Virus record (IMG/VR): IMGVR_UViG_3300048575_000380
Span: 1 to 46,907 of that record
DNA from: a virus
Taxonomy: Duplodnaviria > Caudoviricetes
Reading direction: 5' to 3' (one strand)
DNA: 46,907 nucleotides
The notes under the pieces: model-generated
What the model was told of the DNA's origin: nothing
What the model saw: the letters and a program-made list of their open reading frames with translations, nothing else
The model's database searches: none
Shown: in pieces, positions 1 to 8,023 of the stretch
How the letters are laid out: each line of letters opens with the position of its first letter
How positions within the stretch are numbered: the stretch's first letter is position 1
Program-made: the position numbers and the translations under genes

Positions 1-219
1 GTGCGCGGCGCGGTGGACGACGCGGTGCGCGGCGCGGTGCGCGGCGCGGTGGACGACGCGGTGCGCGGCGCGGTGGGCGGCGCGGTGGACGACGCGGTGC
101 GCGGCGCGGTGCGCGGCGCGGTGGACGACGCGGTGCGCGGCGCGGTGGGCGGCGCGGTGGACGGCGCGGTGGGCGGCGCGGTGGACGGCGCGGTGCGCGG
201 CGCGGTGCGCGGCGCGGTG
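1..219 (+). repeat. 12-bp tandem repeat GCGGTG(C/G)(G/A)CG(G/A)C encoding AV-RG/DD/GG/DG
   Basis: About 18 consecutive units are directly visible. Confidence 0.95.
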
Positions 220-1014
220 CGGCAAGCTATTGCCGAGGTCATCCGGCGAGGCTGGAACGACTACATCGGCGGTCAGTTTTGGGCTGGAGGCTGGTGGTGG
301 GGCGGCGCCTACACCAGCTTCTTCCGCGAAGTGTGCAATCTCGACCTCGCAGGCGATCTGTGGAAACGTGGCCTGGCGTACGAGGCAACGATCGAAGCTG
401 CCTGCTGGTGGTATCCCCACCGCGACTTCCTGATTGTCTGCGAGCGGCCGACTGTCATCCACCGCGAGTTCGCAACCGCTGAGCGCCGGCGCGGCTGGGG
501 CTCGCATCGGCTGCACTGCGCCGACGGCCCTGCCGTGGCCTGGGCTGACGGGTGGGGCGTCTATGCGGTTCACGGCGTGCAGATCCCATTCTGGCGCCGA
601 CACATCGTCGAGCAGCCGGAGACGATCACCATCGCCGAGATCGAGGCCGAGACCAACGCCGAAATCAGGCGGGTGATGATCGACCGCTACGGTCCGGTGC
701 GCTACGTCGCGGACAGTGGGTCGATCATCGTCGAAGAGCTGCCGGCTGATCACCCGATCGTCGGCCTGCGTTCCGGCCGCTTGCTGCGCAAGGAAGTGCC
801 CGACGACGAACCGATCGTCTACGCCGATCTGCTCAACAGCACGCCAGAACCTGACGGCACGACGAAGCGCTACATGCTGCGCGTCGATCCGAATGCTTAC
901 GGCGGTGAAGCTGGGCGCTGCGTTCACGCGGCAGCCGCCAGCACCTGGCGCAACGCCGATGGCTCGCTGGCCTACAAGGCGTGGCGCGACTACGTGCCGG
1001 CGGCGGAGAGCTGA
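1..1014 (+). CDS. DUF6745-like phage protein with N-terminal tetrapeptide repeats (probably 5'-truncated)
   Basis: WWYP...CERP...RLHCADGPAVAWADGWGVYAVHGV...NAEIRRVMI motifs; starts inside a repeat at the window edge. Confidence 0.8.
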   Translation: MRGAVDDAVRGAVRGAVDDAVRGAVGGAVDDAVRGAVRGAVDDAVRGAVGGAVDGAVGGAVDGAVRGAVRGAVRQAIAEVIRRGWNDYIGGQFWAGGWWWGGAYTSFFREVCNLDLAGDLWKRGLAYEATIEAACWWYPHRDFLIVCERPTVIHREFATAERRRGWGSHRLHCADGPAVAWADGWGVYAVHGVQIPFWRRHIVEQPETITIAEIEAETNAEIRRVMIDRYGPVRYVADSGSIIVEELPADHPIVGLRSGRLLRKEVPDDEPIVYADLLNSTPEPDGTTKRYMLRVDPNAYGGEAGRCVHAAAASTWRNADGSLAYKAWRDYVPAAES

Positions 1015-1017
1015 GAC

Positions 1018-1287
1018 ATGACCGCCGCCGGCACTCACGCGCAGATTGCTCGGGCGCAGTCGCGCTACGACGCGCTGCTGCCGCCGGACGACGACGGCCC
1101 GCTCGCGCAGCCGCCGCTGGGCGACATCGTGCACATCCCCTACGCCGGCGCGCTGTGGACCTGCGCTGCCGATCGGGACGGCCTGTACGGCGCCCGCATC
1201 GACGGGCAGTGGTTCGACATCACCTACGCGCTCGGCGAGCGGCTGGCGGCCGATCTGTGGGCCGCGTGGCAGGGCTTGGAGGACTGA
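1018..1287 (+). CDS. Hypothetical protein (89 aa)
   Basis: ATG 3 nt after the upstream stop; GC3-rich codons; protein-like composition. Confidence 0.7.
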   Translation: MTAAGTHAQIARAQSRYDALLPPDDDGPLAQPPLGDIVHIPYAGALWTCAADRDGLYGARIDGQWFDITYALGERLAADLWAAWQGLED

Positions 1288-1288
1288 C

Positions 1289-1408
1289 GTGGACCGAGAG
1301 CTTCCCGAAGGCTTCGGGATCTGCCTGCTGTGGGTGCTGCTGGGCGTGCCTGCTGTCGTCGCGCTGGTGGGCTTCGTCGCGGGGCTGATCGCGGGGCTCG
1401 CGTCGTGA
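1289..1408 (+). CDS. Small membrane protein (39 aa)
   Basis: GGAGG upstream of GTG; one hydrophobic segment; stop overlaps the next GTG. Confidence 0.55.
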   Translation: MDRELPEGFGICLLWVLLGVPAVVALVGFVAGLIAGLAS

Positions 1409-1518
1409 GCCGCCGCGCCGAGCAACGCCCTGCCCGCGAGGGCCTGACTTGGGATGACGTCGTGATCCTGGTCGCGCTCGTGGGGTTCCTGCTGGCTGTG
1501 CACTGGGGGCTGCTGTGA
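1405..1518 (+). CDS. Small membrane protein (37 aa)
   Basis: GTGA overlaps at both ends; hydrophobic C-terminal helix VVILVALVGFLLAVHWGLL. Confidence 0.55.
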   Translation: MSRRAEQRPAREGLTWDDVVILVALVGFLLAVHWGLL

Positions 1519-2360
1519 ACGCGCCGGACGCCATCACGCTGGGCCTGGTGCGCGACCTGCCGGCCGAGCGCTACCACGCGATCCCGGCGATGTCGGCTGG
1601 CGGCCTGAAGCGCATGCGGCAGAGCCCGGCGCACTTCTACGGTCTGCAACTGGACCCGGCGCGGCCGCCAGCCACGACGACGCCAGCCATGGCCGCTGGC
1701 ACACTCTTCCACACCGCGCTGTTTGAGCCCGAGGCCATCGACGATCGATACGTATTGCGGCCCGACGGCATTGACCTGCGCACGAAGGAGGGCAAGGCCT
1801 GGGCCGCCACCTGCGCCGGCCGCACGATCGTCACGCACGCCGAATGGTCCGCTGCCAGCACGCAGGCCGCCAACGTGCTCGCCCTGCCCGACGTGGCCGC
1901 GCTGATGGCCGACGGCTACGGCGAGGCCTCGGCCTTCTGGCTCGACGACGACACCGGCGAGTTGTGCAAGTGCCGGCCCGACTGGACCAGCCCGGTCGGC
2001 GACGGCGTGATCCTCGTCGACGGCAAGAGCTGCCAGGACGCCAGCGCCGACGGCTTCGGCCGTGCCATCTGGAATTACGGCTATCACCTGCAGGCCGCGT
2101 GGTACAGCGACGGCTTCGAGGCCGCCACCGGCCTGCAGGTGCACGGCTTCGTCTTCGCGGCTGTCGAGTCGGCATGGCCGCACGCGGCCGCCGCCTACAT
2201 GCTCGGCGACGACGTGCTCGATCGCGCGCGCCGCGAGAACCGCCGCCTGCTCAACCTCTACGCCGAGTGCAAGCGCACCGGCGTGTGGCCCGGCTACGGC
2301 CACGGCATCCAGCTCATCAACCTGCCCGCCTGGGCGCAGCGTCAACTGGAGAACGCATGA
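1515..2360 (+). CDS. PD-(D/E)XK exonuclease, RecE/ExoVIII-like (DUF3799-type)
   Basis: YH...MSAGGLK, GTLFHTALFEP, E.SAFW.D, CKCRPD, LVDGKS, YHLQAAWY motifs. Confidence 0.88.
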   Translation: MNAPDAITLGLVRDLPAERYHAIPAMSAGGLKRMRQSPAHFYGLQLDPARPPATTTPAMAAGTLFHTALFEPEAIDDRYVLRPDGIDLRTKEGKAWAATCAGRTIVTHAEWSAASTQAANVLALPDVAALMADGYGEASAFWLDDDTGELCKCRPDWTSPVGDGVILVDGKSCQDASADGFGRAIWNYGYHLQAAWYSDGFEAATGLQVHGFVFAAVESAWPHAAAAYMLGDDVLDRARRENRRLLNLYAECKRTGVWPGYGHGIQLINLPAWAQRQLENA

Positions 2361-3448
2361 ATCAGCTCGTCGCTCGCAACGAGTTCGCCAACGAACTCGC
2401 GCTGCCCGACACCGCATCCACCGCCGTCGCGGCGCAGGCGAAGGCGCTTGTCGAGGCCCGCTACATCATGGCTCTGCGCCGGCCACGAGACATGGACGTG
2501 GTGCGCGAGAAGATGCTCAAGGAATGCTCGCGGCCGTCGTTCGCCGCGGTGGCGCGCTACACCAAGCCCATCGGGAAGGACAAGACCAAATGGCCGTCCG
2601 GCCCGTCGATCCGCTTCGCCGAGGCCGCGGTGCGCAACATGACGAACGTGACCGTCGAGACGATGACCGTCTACGACGATCGCGAGAAGCGCATCGTGCG
2701 CGTGACCGTCACCGACCTGGAGGCCAACGTGCCGTACAGCCAGGACGTGACCATCGCCAAGACCATCGAGCGCCGGCAGAAGAAGGACGGCGACACGGTG
2801 ATCAGCACGCGGACCAACAGCTACGGCGATCTGCTGTACATCCTGGAGGCGACCGACGACGACATCATCAACAAGCAGCAGGCGCTGATCAGCAAGGCCA
2901 TCCGTACGCTCGGCATGCGCCTCATCCCCGGCGACATCGTTGATGAGTGCATGGACCAGGTGCTGGTCACGCAGGCCAACGCGGACGCCCAGGACCCGGA
3001 CGCCGCCAAGCGCAAGTTGTTCGACGCCTTCGCGGCCCTCGGTGTGCGCGCCGAGCAGATCAAGGAATTCCTGGGCCACGACGCTGCGTCGCTGTCGCCG
3101 AAGGAGCTGCAGGACCTGCGCTCGCTGTACGCGGCCATCCGCGACGGCGAGGCCACTTGGCGCGACGTTATGGACCAGCGCGCCGCGGCGGCCGAGAACA
3201 AGACCGCCAGTCTCGACGCCGTTCGCGCCGCGACCGCAGCGAAGAAGGCCGCGAAGGCCCCGCCACCACCCGCTGCGCCGCAGTTCGACGTGGCCGCCAC
3301 CATCGCCAAGATCAACGCCGCGACCAACCGCGAGACGCTGGCGCTGATGGCAGACGAGTTTCGAGATGTGGCCGACGACGACGTGCGGCTGCAGCTCCTG
3401 CAGGCGTACGACGCACGCGATGCCGAGTTGGCTGGGGGCGACGACTGA
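2357..3448 (+). CDS. Putative single-strand annealing recombinase (363 aa)
   Basis: ATGA-coupled to the exonuclease; globular N-domain (RRPRD...SIRFAE...VTDLE...SKAIR), Ala/Pro linker and small helical C-domain. Function is inferred from position and architecture. Confidence 0.6.
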   Translation: MNQLVARNEFANELALPDTASTAVAAQAKALVEARYIMALRRPRDMDVVREKMLKECSRPSFAAVARYTKPIGKDKTKWPSGPSIRFAEAAVRNMTNVTVETMTVYDDREKRIVRVTVTDLEANVPYSQDVTIAKTIERRQKKDGDTVISTRTNSYGDLLYILEATDDDIINKQQALISKAIRTLGMRLIPGDIVDECMDQVLVTQANADAQDPDAAKRKLFDAFAALGVRAEQIKEFLGHDAASLSPKELQDLRSLYAAIRDGEATWRDVMDQRAAAAENKTASLDAVRAATAAKKAAKAPPPPAAPQFDVAATIAKINAATNRETLALMADEFRDVADDDVRLQLLQAYDARDAELAGGDD

Positions 3449-3678
3449 TGGCCGCGCAGACCCGCGTCTACCTGGTGTCGCCGAACCGCCCGGATTGCGA
3501 GCAGGCGCCGGTAAAGCGGCGGCTTGTGCGCGCCACGCACCCGGCCCATGCACTGCGCCACGTCGCCGACGGCGAGTACCGCGTGGCCGTGGCCTCGCAG
3601 GACGATCTGATCGCCTTGCTGAGCGACGGCGTAGCGGTCGAGGACATCGGGCACGAACAGCAGGAGCTTCCCACATGA
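3448..3678 (+). CDS. Hypothetical protein (76 aa)
   Basis: TGATG overlap; MAAQTRVYLV...RLVRATHPAHALRHVA. Confidence 0.75.
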   Translation: MAAQTRVYLVSPNRPDCEQAPVKRRLVRATHPAHALRHVADGEYRVAVASQDDLIALLSDGVAVEDIGHEQQELPT

Positions 3679-3878
3679 CCCCGCTCGCCGAGCAGGCCGC
3701 GCTGTACGCGGCCGAGCGGGCTCTGCCCAACACCGGCGAACGCGCGCTGCTGGCGCGGGCCTTCATGGCGGGCGTCCTGGCGGCCGCGATGTCGCCGGCC
3801 TCGCGCGATCAGCTCAAGGCCGAGTGCCTGCAGTTCGGCCGCGCCATCGGCTCGGCCGCCGAGAGGGCGCAAGCATGA
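3675..3878 (+). CDS. Hypothetical protein (67 aa)
   Basis: AGGAG upstream; ATGA overlaps at both ends. Confidence 0.7.
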   Translation: MTPLAEQAALYAAERALPNTGERALLARAFMAGVLAAAMSPASRDQLKAECLQFGRAIGSAAERAQA

Positions 3879-4060
3879 CGACGCTCAACACCATGGTCAA
3901 GCGCGTCTCTGGCCTGCAGGGAACGCACGATGTAAGCGACTGGGAAGACGAATTCATTGCCTCCATCGTCGAGAAGACCCGCGGCGGCGACGACACCAGC
4001 CGACTCTCGGAGAAGCAGATCGAGGTGCTGGAGCGGATCTTTCGCAAGCACTTTGCATAA
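3875..4060 (+). CDS. Hypothetical protein (61 aa)
   Basis: ATGA overlap; SDWEDEFIASI...LSEKQIEVLERIF looks like a conserved small phage protein. Confidence 0.75.
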   Translation: MTTLNTMVKRVSGLQGTHDVSDWEDEFIASIVEKTRGGDDTSRLSEKQIEVLERIFRKHFA

Positions 4061-4144
4061 CTCTTCAACGCAATGGCCGGAAGCTCTGCGTTGCGGCCGG
4101 GCCGCTGCACCACTCCCCCACCACGCGCAAAGGAGCGCATCACA

Positions 4145-4438
4145 ATGATCAAACCCACCATCGGCCGCCGCGTCTGGTACTGACCCAACGGCACGACCGC
4201 GGTCGGCGACAAGCCGTTCGCCATCATCGACCCTGCCGTTCCGCTCGACGCCGGCATCGTCTACGTCTGGAGCGACCGCGGGGTCAACCTCGATGTCGCC
4301 GACCACTACGGCTACCACCACAGCGCGTCCAGCGTGACGCTGGTGCAAGAGGGCGATCCCGTGCCGACCGTCGGCGCCTACGCCACCTGGATGCCGTACC
4401 AGATGAGCGCGGCCAAGAAGGAAGCGGCCGCCACCTGA
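4145..4438 (+). pseudogene. Conserved phage gene interrupted by an in-frame TGA at 4181-4183
   Basis: AAGGAG upstream; reads MIKPTIGRRVWY*PNG...VNLDVAD...SSVTLVQ...WMPYQ with typical codon usage on both sides of the stop; absent from the ORF track. Confidence 0.8.
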
Positions 4439-4480
4439 TCAACGGGGCGGCCACATGGCGGGATCCGCTGACCTCACGAG

Positions 4481-4765
4481 GTGCAGCCGAAGAAGGACAT
4501 CGTGCCCGACGAAGACCCGGCCCTCGCCGGCTGGGAGCACGTGAGCGTCAGCCTGCCGACCCGCTGCCCGACCTGGGCCGAGATGGCCTTCATCAAGTCG
4601 GTGTTCTGGGACGCCGACGACACCGTGGTGCAGTACCACCCGCCGGAGTCGGAGTACGTCAACAACCACCCCTTCTGCCTGCACCTGTGGCGGCCGATCG
4701 AGAAGCAGATCCCGCTGCCGCCCTCGATCCTGGTGGGGTTCAGGGATGCGGGGGTGATCGCGTAG
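4481..4765 (+). CDS. DUF7694-like phage protein; start uncertain, possibly N-truncated
   Basis: GWEHVSVS...PTWAEM..IK..FW...QYHP..SEYVNNHPFCLHLW motif. Confidence 0.7.
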   Translation: MQPKKDIVPDEDPALAGWEHVSVSLPTRCPTWAEMAFIKSVFWDADDTVVQYHPPESEYVNNHPFCLHLWRPIEKQIPLPPSILVGFRDAGVIA

Positions 4766-5102
4766 GGTCGCCAGGCGTGACGAATGCGCATCGCCAGATC
4801 TGCACGTACTCGGTGACACGCAGTTCCGGCGCGGGCCCGGTGCTCAACTCGACGCCGGAGATCGTCAGCGTTTGACCATCGACGCCGATCATGCGCACAT
4901 CGAAGATTGGCAGAACAACGTCGACCAGCATGCCGGCAACACCATGCGGCCGCCGAAGATGTGCCTCGAGGATCGGTCGACGTAAGCTCGTTTGCCCGTC
5001 GCCCTCGGGCTTGATGAGCAGGTCGCCTTCGATCGGATCCTCGAGCTCCGACGGGCGCAGTCGCAGGCCCTTGCGTCGCAAGCGAGTCAGTTTGCACCAC
5101 AT
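4740..5102 (-). CDS. Hypothetical protein (120 aa) on the opposite strand
   Basis: Protein-like sequence (LPIFDVRMI...ISGVE...EYVQIWRC); -10-like TACCCT 6 nt before the ATG. Confidence 0.7.
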   Translation of the reverse strand: MWCKLTRLRRKGLRLRPSELEDPIEGDLLIKPEGDGQTSLRRPILEAHLRRPHGVAGMLVDVVLPIFDVRMIGVDGQTLTISGVELSTGPAPELRVTEYVQIWRCAFVTPGDPTRSPPHP

Positions 5103-5141
5103 TCGGCAAGGGTAGCGCGCTGTCCGCGCTGCGGCTACACT
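5103..5141. promoter_or_regulatory. Candidate divergent promoters: -10 TACCCT (minus, 5109-5114) and -10 TACACT (plus, 5136-5141)
   Basis: Both hexamers match TAnnnT; no convincing -35 element for either. Confidence 0.4.
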
Positions 5142-5147
5142 CCCGCC

Positions 5148-5267
5148 GCCCGAGCAGGAATCCGTGGCCGGGCGACTCCGACGAGGCGGCGTGGCCGCCC
5201 TTCAGCCAGCGCATCTTGCGCTTGATCGCGGTCCCGACCCGCGCAGCCTTCGATGGCTGAACTCGTC
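5148..5267 (+). ncRNA. Candidate structured non-coding or leader RNA upstream of the lysis genes
   Basis: Nested stems: GACGAG 5180-85/CTCGTC 5262-67 and TTCAGCCA 5201-08/TGGCTGAA 5254-61, with hairpins at 5185-99, 5209-21 and 5227-43. Confidence 0.5.
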
Positions 5268-5280
5268 CCTACGAAACGTT

Positions 5281-5309
5281 GAGCCCGCCGCGTGCGGGCT
5301 CTTTGCTTT
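5281..5309 (+). terminator. Intrinsic terminator
   Basis: GAGCCCGC-CGCGT-GCGGGCTC followed by TTTGCTTT. Confidence 0.75.
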
Positions 5310-5319
5310 GGGCGGTGCC

Positions 5320-5607
5320 GTGCGCGAAACCATCCATGTCACCCGCCTGACGTGGTGGGAGTACCGCGGCCGCGGTGAAGCCGAACACGACGGCGTGACC
5401 GTCATGCTGCGCAGCCGGCCGCCGGTGCTGCGTCACATCAGGGCGATCGCCGAGCTGTGCTACGTGCCTGGGTCCGGAGTGCGGTACGTGCAGGAAGAGG
5501 GCCAGCAGCGCCGCGACCTGCAGCCCGGTGAGTCCTCGGAGCTGTTGCTGTGGCTGCAGCACCTTGCGGTGGTCGCGCGCGAAGCCGCGGAACAGGATCG
5601 ACGATGA
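5320..5607 (+). CDS. Hypothetical protein (about 95 aa)
   Basis: GTG just after the terminator; stop overlaps the holin ATG. Confidence 0.6.
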   Translation: MRETIHVTRLTWWEYRGRGEAEHDGVTVMLRSRPPVLRHIRAIAELCYVPGSGVRYVQEEGQQRRDLQPGESSELLLWLQHLAVVAREAAEQDRR

Positions 5608-5858
5608 AAACAGAGGCCCATGACATCGTGATCGAGGCGGCCAAGGCCTCACCTGGCGTCGTGCTGGCCAGCCTTACGCTGAACGATGTGGTAGCCCTTG
5701 CCTCTATCGGGTACATCCTGCTGTCGGCCCTGTACTTGCTCCGCAAGTGGTGGCGCGAAGAAACCGAGTGGGGGATCAAGCTCAAGCGCTGGGCTGAACG
5801 CCACGGGCTGCGCCGTAGCGCCCCGATCCCGCTGGACGACGTAGGACAGGACGACTGA
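5604..5858 (+). CDS. Holin
   Basis: 84 aa; AAKASP...LTLNDVVALASIGYILL hydrophobic segment and charged C-terminus; directly before the endolysin. Confidence 0.75.
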   Translation: MKTEAHDIVIEAAKASPGVVLASLTLNDVVALASIGYILLSALYLLRKWWREETEWGIKLKRWAERHGLRRSAPIPLDDVGQDD

Positions 5859-6331
5859 TGCCCTCGCCGCAGCGAACCGCGGCTGTCGTGGCCGCCGCCA
5901 TCGCCATCGCCGCGCCGGCCGAAGGGCTGCGGCAGTGGGCCTACCGCGACCCCCCAGGGATCCTGACGGTGTGCCGCGGCCACACGGGCCCCGACGTACG
6001 GGCTGACCGCCTCTACCCGCTTGCCGAGTGCGATGCGCTCATGGACAAGGACATGCGCGCGGCCGTCGCCACCGTAGAGCGCTGCGCTCCGGGCCTACCG
6101 GAACCGGTGCTGGTCGCGTTCGCCGATGCGGTCTTCAACATCGGCCCCACGATCGCCTGCGACCGCACGCGCAGTACCGCCGCAAGGCTGCTAGCCGCCA
6201 AGCGGATACGCGAGGCCTGCGACCAACTGCTGCGGTGGGACAAAGCCAGCGTGGCCGGGGTGTTGGTCACGTTGCCGGGCCTGACGAAGCGCCGCGCGAC
6301 CGAGCGGGAACGATGTCTCCAGGGGGTGTGA
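5858..6331 (+). CDS. Endolysin, GH24 lysozyme with a possible SAR signal
   Basis: EG-x-AYRD-x-G-x-TVC-x-GHT catalytic region, FNIG, GLTKRR; Ala-rich weakly hydrophobic N-terminus. Confidence 0.92.
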   Translation: MPSPQRTAAVVAAAIAIAAPAEGLRQWAYRDPPGILTVCRGHTGPDVRADRLYPLAECDALMDKDMRAAVATVERCAPGLPEPVLVAFADAVFNIGPTIACDRTRSTAARLLAAKRIREACDQLLRWDKASVAGVLVTLPGLTKRRATERERCLQGV

Positions 6332-6723
6332 TGGGCTTGCTCTCCCCCATCTTGCGCAACGGCTCGGATGGCCGCCTCACCTGGTGGTGCCCGGGCTGCG
6401 GTCACGCGCACTCGATCCAGACCGGCGCCGGCGCCGGTCCACGCTGGACGTGGAATGGCAACGCCGAGCGGCCGACTTTCAGCCCAAGCGTATTGGTGTG
6501 GTGGGAGGAACCGGCGAACCTCGGCGACATCGAAGCTCTCCGGCGGGACATCGCGGACGCCCAGCTACGCGGCGAAGGCGCCAAGATCCCGATGGCGCCG
6601 AAGCGGTGCCACAGCTTCGTGATCGACGGCCAGATGCAGATGCTCAGTGACTGCACGCACGCGCTGGCCGGGCAGACCGTACCGATTCCGCCGTGGCCGC
6701 AGGCCGAGTGGAGGGACGGATGA
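6331..6723 (+). CDS. DUF6527-like putative Zn-binding protein (130 aa)
   Basis: WCPGCGHAH, WTWNG..ERPTFSPSVL, CHSFV.DG....LSDCTH.LAGQTV; TGATG-coupled. Confidence 0.75.
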   Translation: MGLLSPILRNGSDGRLTWWCPGCGHAHSIQTGAGAGPRWTWNGNAERPTFSPSVLVWWEEPANLGDIEALRRDIADAQLRGEGAKIPMAPKRCHSFVIDGQMQMLSDCTHALAGQTVPIPPWPQAEWRDG

Positions 6724-7226
6724 TCAACCCCTTACTCATCGCGCTGGCCGGCGGGCTCGCCCTAGGGGCCTGGGGCGGCTACGAGATGCGCAGCGTACAG
6801 GCAGAGCGGAGCCTGGCGGTGCTGCGTGCTGAGCACGCGCAAGCTGTGGCCGTGGCCGCCAGCGCCGCGCAGACCGCTGAGCGAGCGGCACGCACCGAGG
6901 AACAGCGCCGCGTCATTGCGGCACAGGAGATTGCCGATGCCGCTCAAACCCGCCTGGACCGTGTTCAGGCCGACGCTGATCGCGCTCGCCGCGTCGCTGT
7001 CGGCTTGCGCGACGCCGCCGCAGCCGCTGCCGCCCGTTGCAGTGCAGCCTCCGGCAATCCCGCCGCTGCCCAGGCAAGCGCGGCAGCCGCCGGCCCCGGC
7101 CTGGTGCTCGCCGACGTGTTCGTCAGCAGTGCGGACCGATCTGTCGAGCTGGCGGAAGCGTTTGACCTCGCCCACGCAGCAGGCCTCGCCTGCGAGCGCG
7201 CCTATGACGCCTTGAACCCGAAATGA
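6720..7226 (+). CDS. Rz: i-spanin (Rz-like)
   Basis: N-terminal TM helix, Ala-rich coiled coil, C-terminal GLACERAYD. Confidence 0.85.
   Translation: MINPLLIALAGGLALGAWGGYEMRSVQAERSLAVLRAEHAQAVAVAASAAQTAERAARTEEQRRVIAAQEIADAAQTRLDRVQADADRARRVAVGLRDAAAAAAARCSAASGNPAAAQASAAAAGPGLVLADVFVSSADRSVELAEAFDLAHAAGLACERAYDALNPK
6937..7215 (+). CDS. Rz1: o-spanin lipoprotein (Rz1-like) nested in the +1 frame
   Basis: AGGAGA before the ATG at 6937; signal peptide with lipobox LSAC; Pro-rich mature part. Confidence 0.85.
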   Translation: MPLKPAWTVFRPTLIALAASLSACATPPQPLPPVAVQPPAIPPLPRQARQPPAPAWCSPTCSSAVRTDLSSWRKRLTSPTQQASPASAPMTP

Positions 7227-7402
7227 GCCGCCCTGAAAGCAAGAACCCCGGGGTGATCGGCCCCGGGGTCTGCCAGCGCTTCGAGCGGGCGGCACGTTAT
7301 CCCCTCAAGCCGCCACCGGTGACCCGGGCCGCTAAGCCCTTCTGCGTGCGAACACGCGGGTTTCGCTCTGTGGGCGCGAATGTAGCGAAACAGCGACATG
7401 AG

Positions 7403-7705
7403 CGCAACTTTTGAAAGTTACGGGCTGGTGCTCTGATGGCGAAGCGTCCGACCACAGAGGACTGGCAGGCTGCTCGCGACCGCTGGGAAGCGGACCCGCA
7501 GGAAACCTTCGAGTCCATCAGCGAGATGATGGGCGTCTCTCGGGCCGCCGTGTCGAAGAAGGCCAGGAATCCGGCCGATCCGTGGGTGCGCGCGAAGGGT
7601 CTGCGCGAACTGGCGGAGAAGGCTCATCAGCGTGCTGACGAGCGGGAAGTTACGGCGAAAGTTACGCGGTCAGACCCGAAAGTTACGCGCGAAACTTCAA
7701 AAAAA
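7403..7705 (+). repeat. Cluster of GAAAGTTACG motifs (candidate pac/terminase-binding site)
   Basis: Copies at 7413-22, 7645-54 (GGAAGTTACG), 7657-66 and 7678-87; inverted degenerate copies at 7403-11 and 7690-98; A7 run at 7699-7705. Confidence 0.6.
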
Positions 7706-8023
7706 GGAGCCGAGGACGCCGCGGTCGACATTCGCGCCGACGTGCTGGAGCGGCACCGCGCCGACTGGTCGCAGCACCGCGCGCTGTTCGCGCTGCAGTC
7801 GATCTCGGGCGACTTCGACGCCGGCAAGACCGCGAAGATCAGCGCCGAGATGCTGACCCTGCGCCAGCGCGGGGAGCGTGCGGCCTACGGCCTGGACATC
7901 GAGGCGCTGCCCGAGAGCGCCGCCGGCCGCGAACTCTCCGACGTGGAGCGCGCGGCCCGCCTCGCGTCGATCGTCGATGCCGCGCGCCGGCGCCGCGAGC
8001 AGCAGGAGCCCGCGGGCGGATGA
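7436..8023 (+). CDS. terS: Terminase small subunit
   Basis: N-terminal HTH (SISEMMGVSRAAVSKKA) and RQRGERAAYGLD; overlaps terL. Confidence 0.75.
   Translation: MAKRPTTEDWQAARDRWEADPQETFESISEMMGVSRAAVSKKARNPADPWVRAKGLRELAEKAHQRADEREVTAKVTRSDPKVTRETSKKGAEDAAVDIRADVLERHRADWSQHRALFALQSISGDFDAGKTAKISAEMLTLRQRGERAAYGLDIEALPESAAGRELSDVERAARLASIVDAARRRREQQEPAGG

Noticed and set aside
1-219. CRISPR array
   Set aside because: Contiguous 12-bp coding repeats with no spacers and no cas genes.
1844-2356. Upstream extensions in the ORF track (1844, 5550, 6028, 15642, 16264, 31119, 37898)
   Set aside because: Low-complexity overlaps with the preceding genes; true starts are better placed at coupled ATG/GTG codons downstream.
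4181-4183. Genome-wide TGA recoding
   Set aside because: TGA is the normal stop for most genes here, including many ATGA/TGATG overlaps.
5103-5147. LexA SOS box upstream of the antisense gene
   Set aside because: CTGT is present but there is no matching ACAG at the CTGT-N8-ACAG spacing.
5148-5267. tRNA
   Set aside because: Branched structure lacks a T-loop GTTCRA, a D-loop consensus and a CCA end.
7223-7414. 63-aa ORF between spanins and terS
   Set aside because: Atypical codons and composition; the region contains inverted repeats (e.g. 7360-67/7384-91) and is more likely regulatory.
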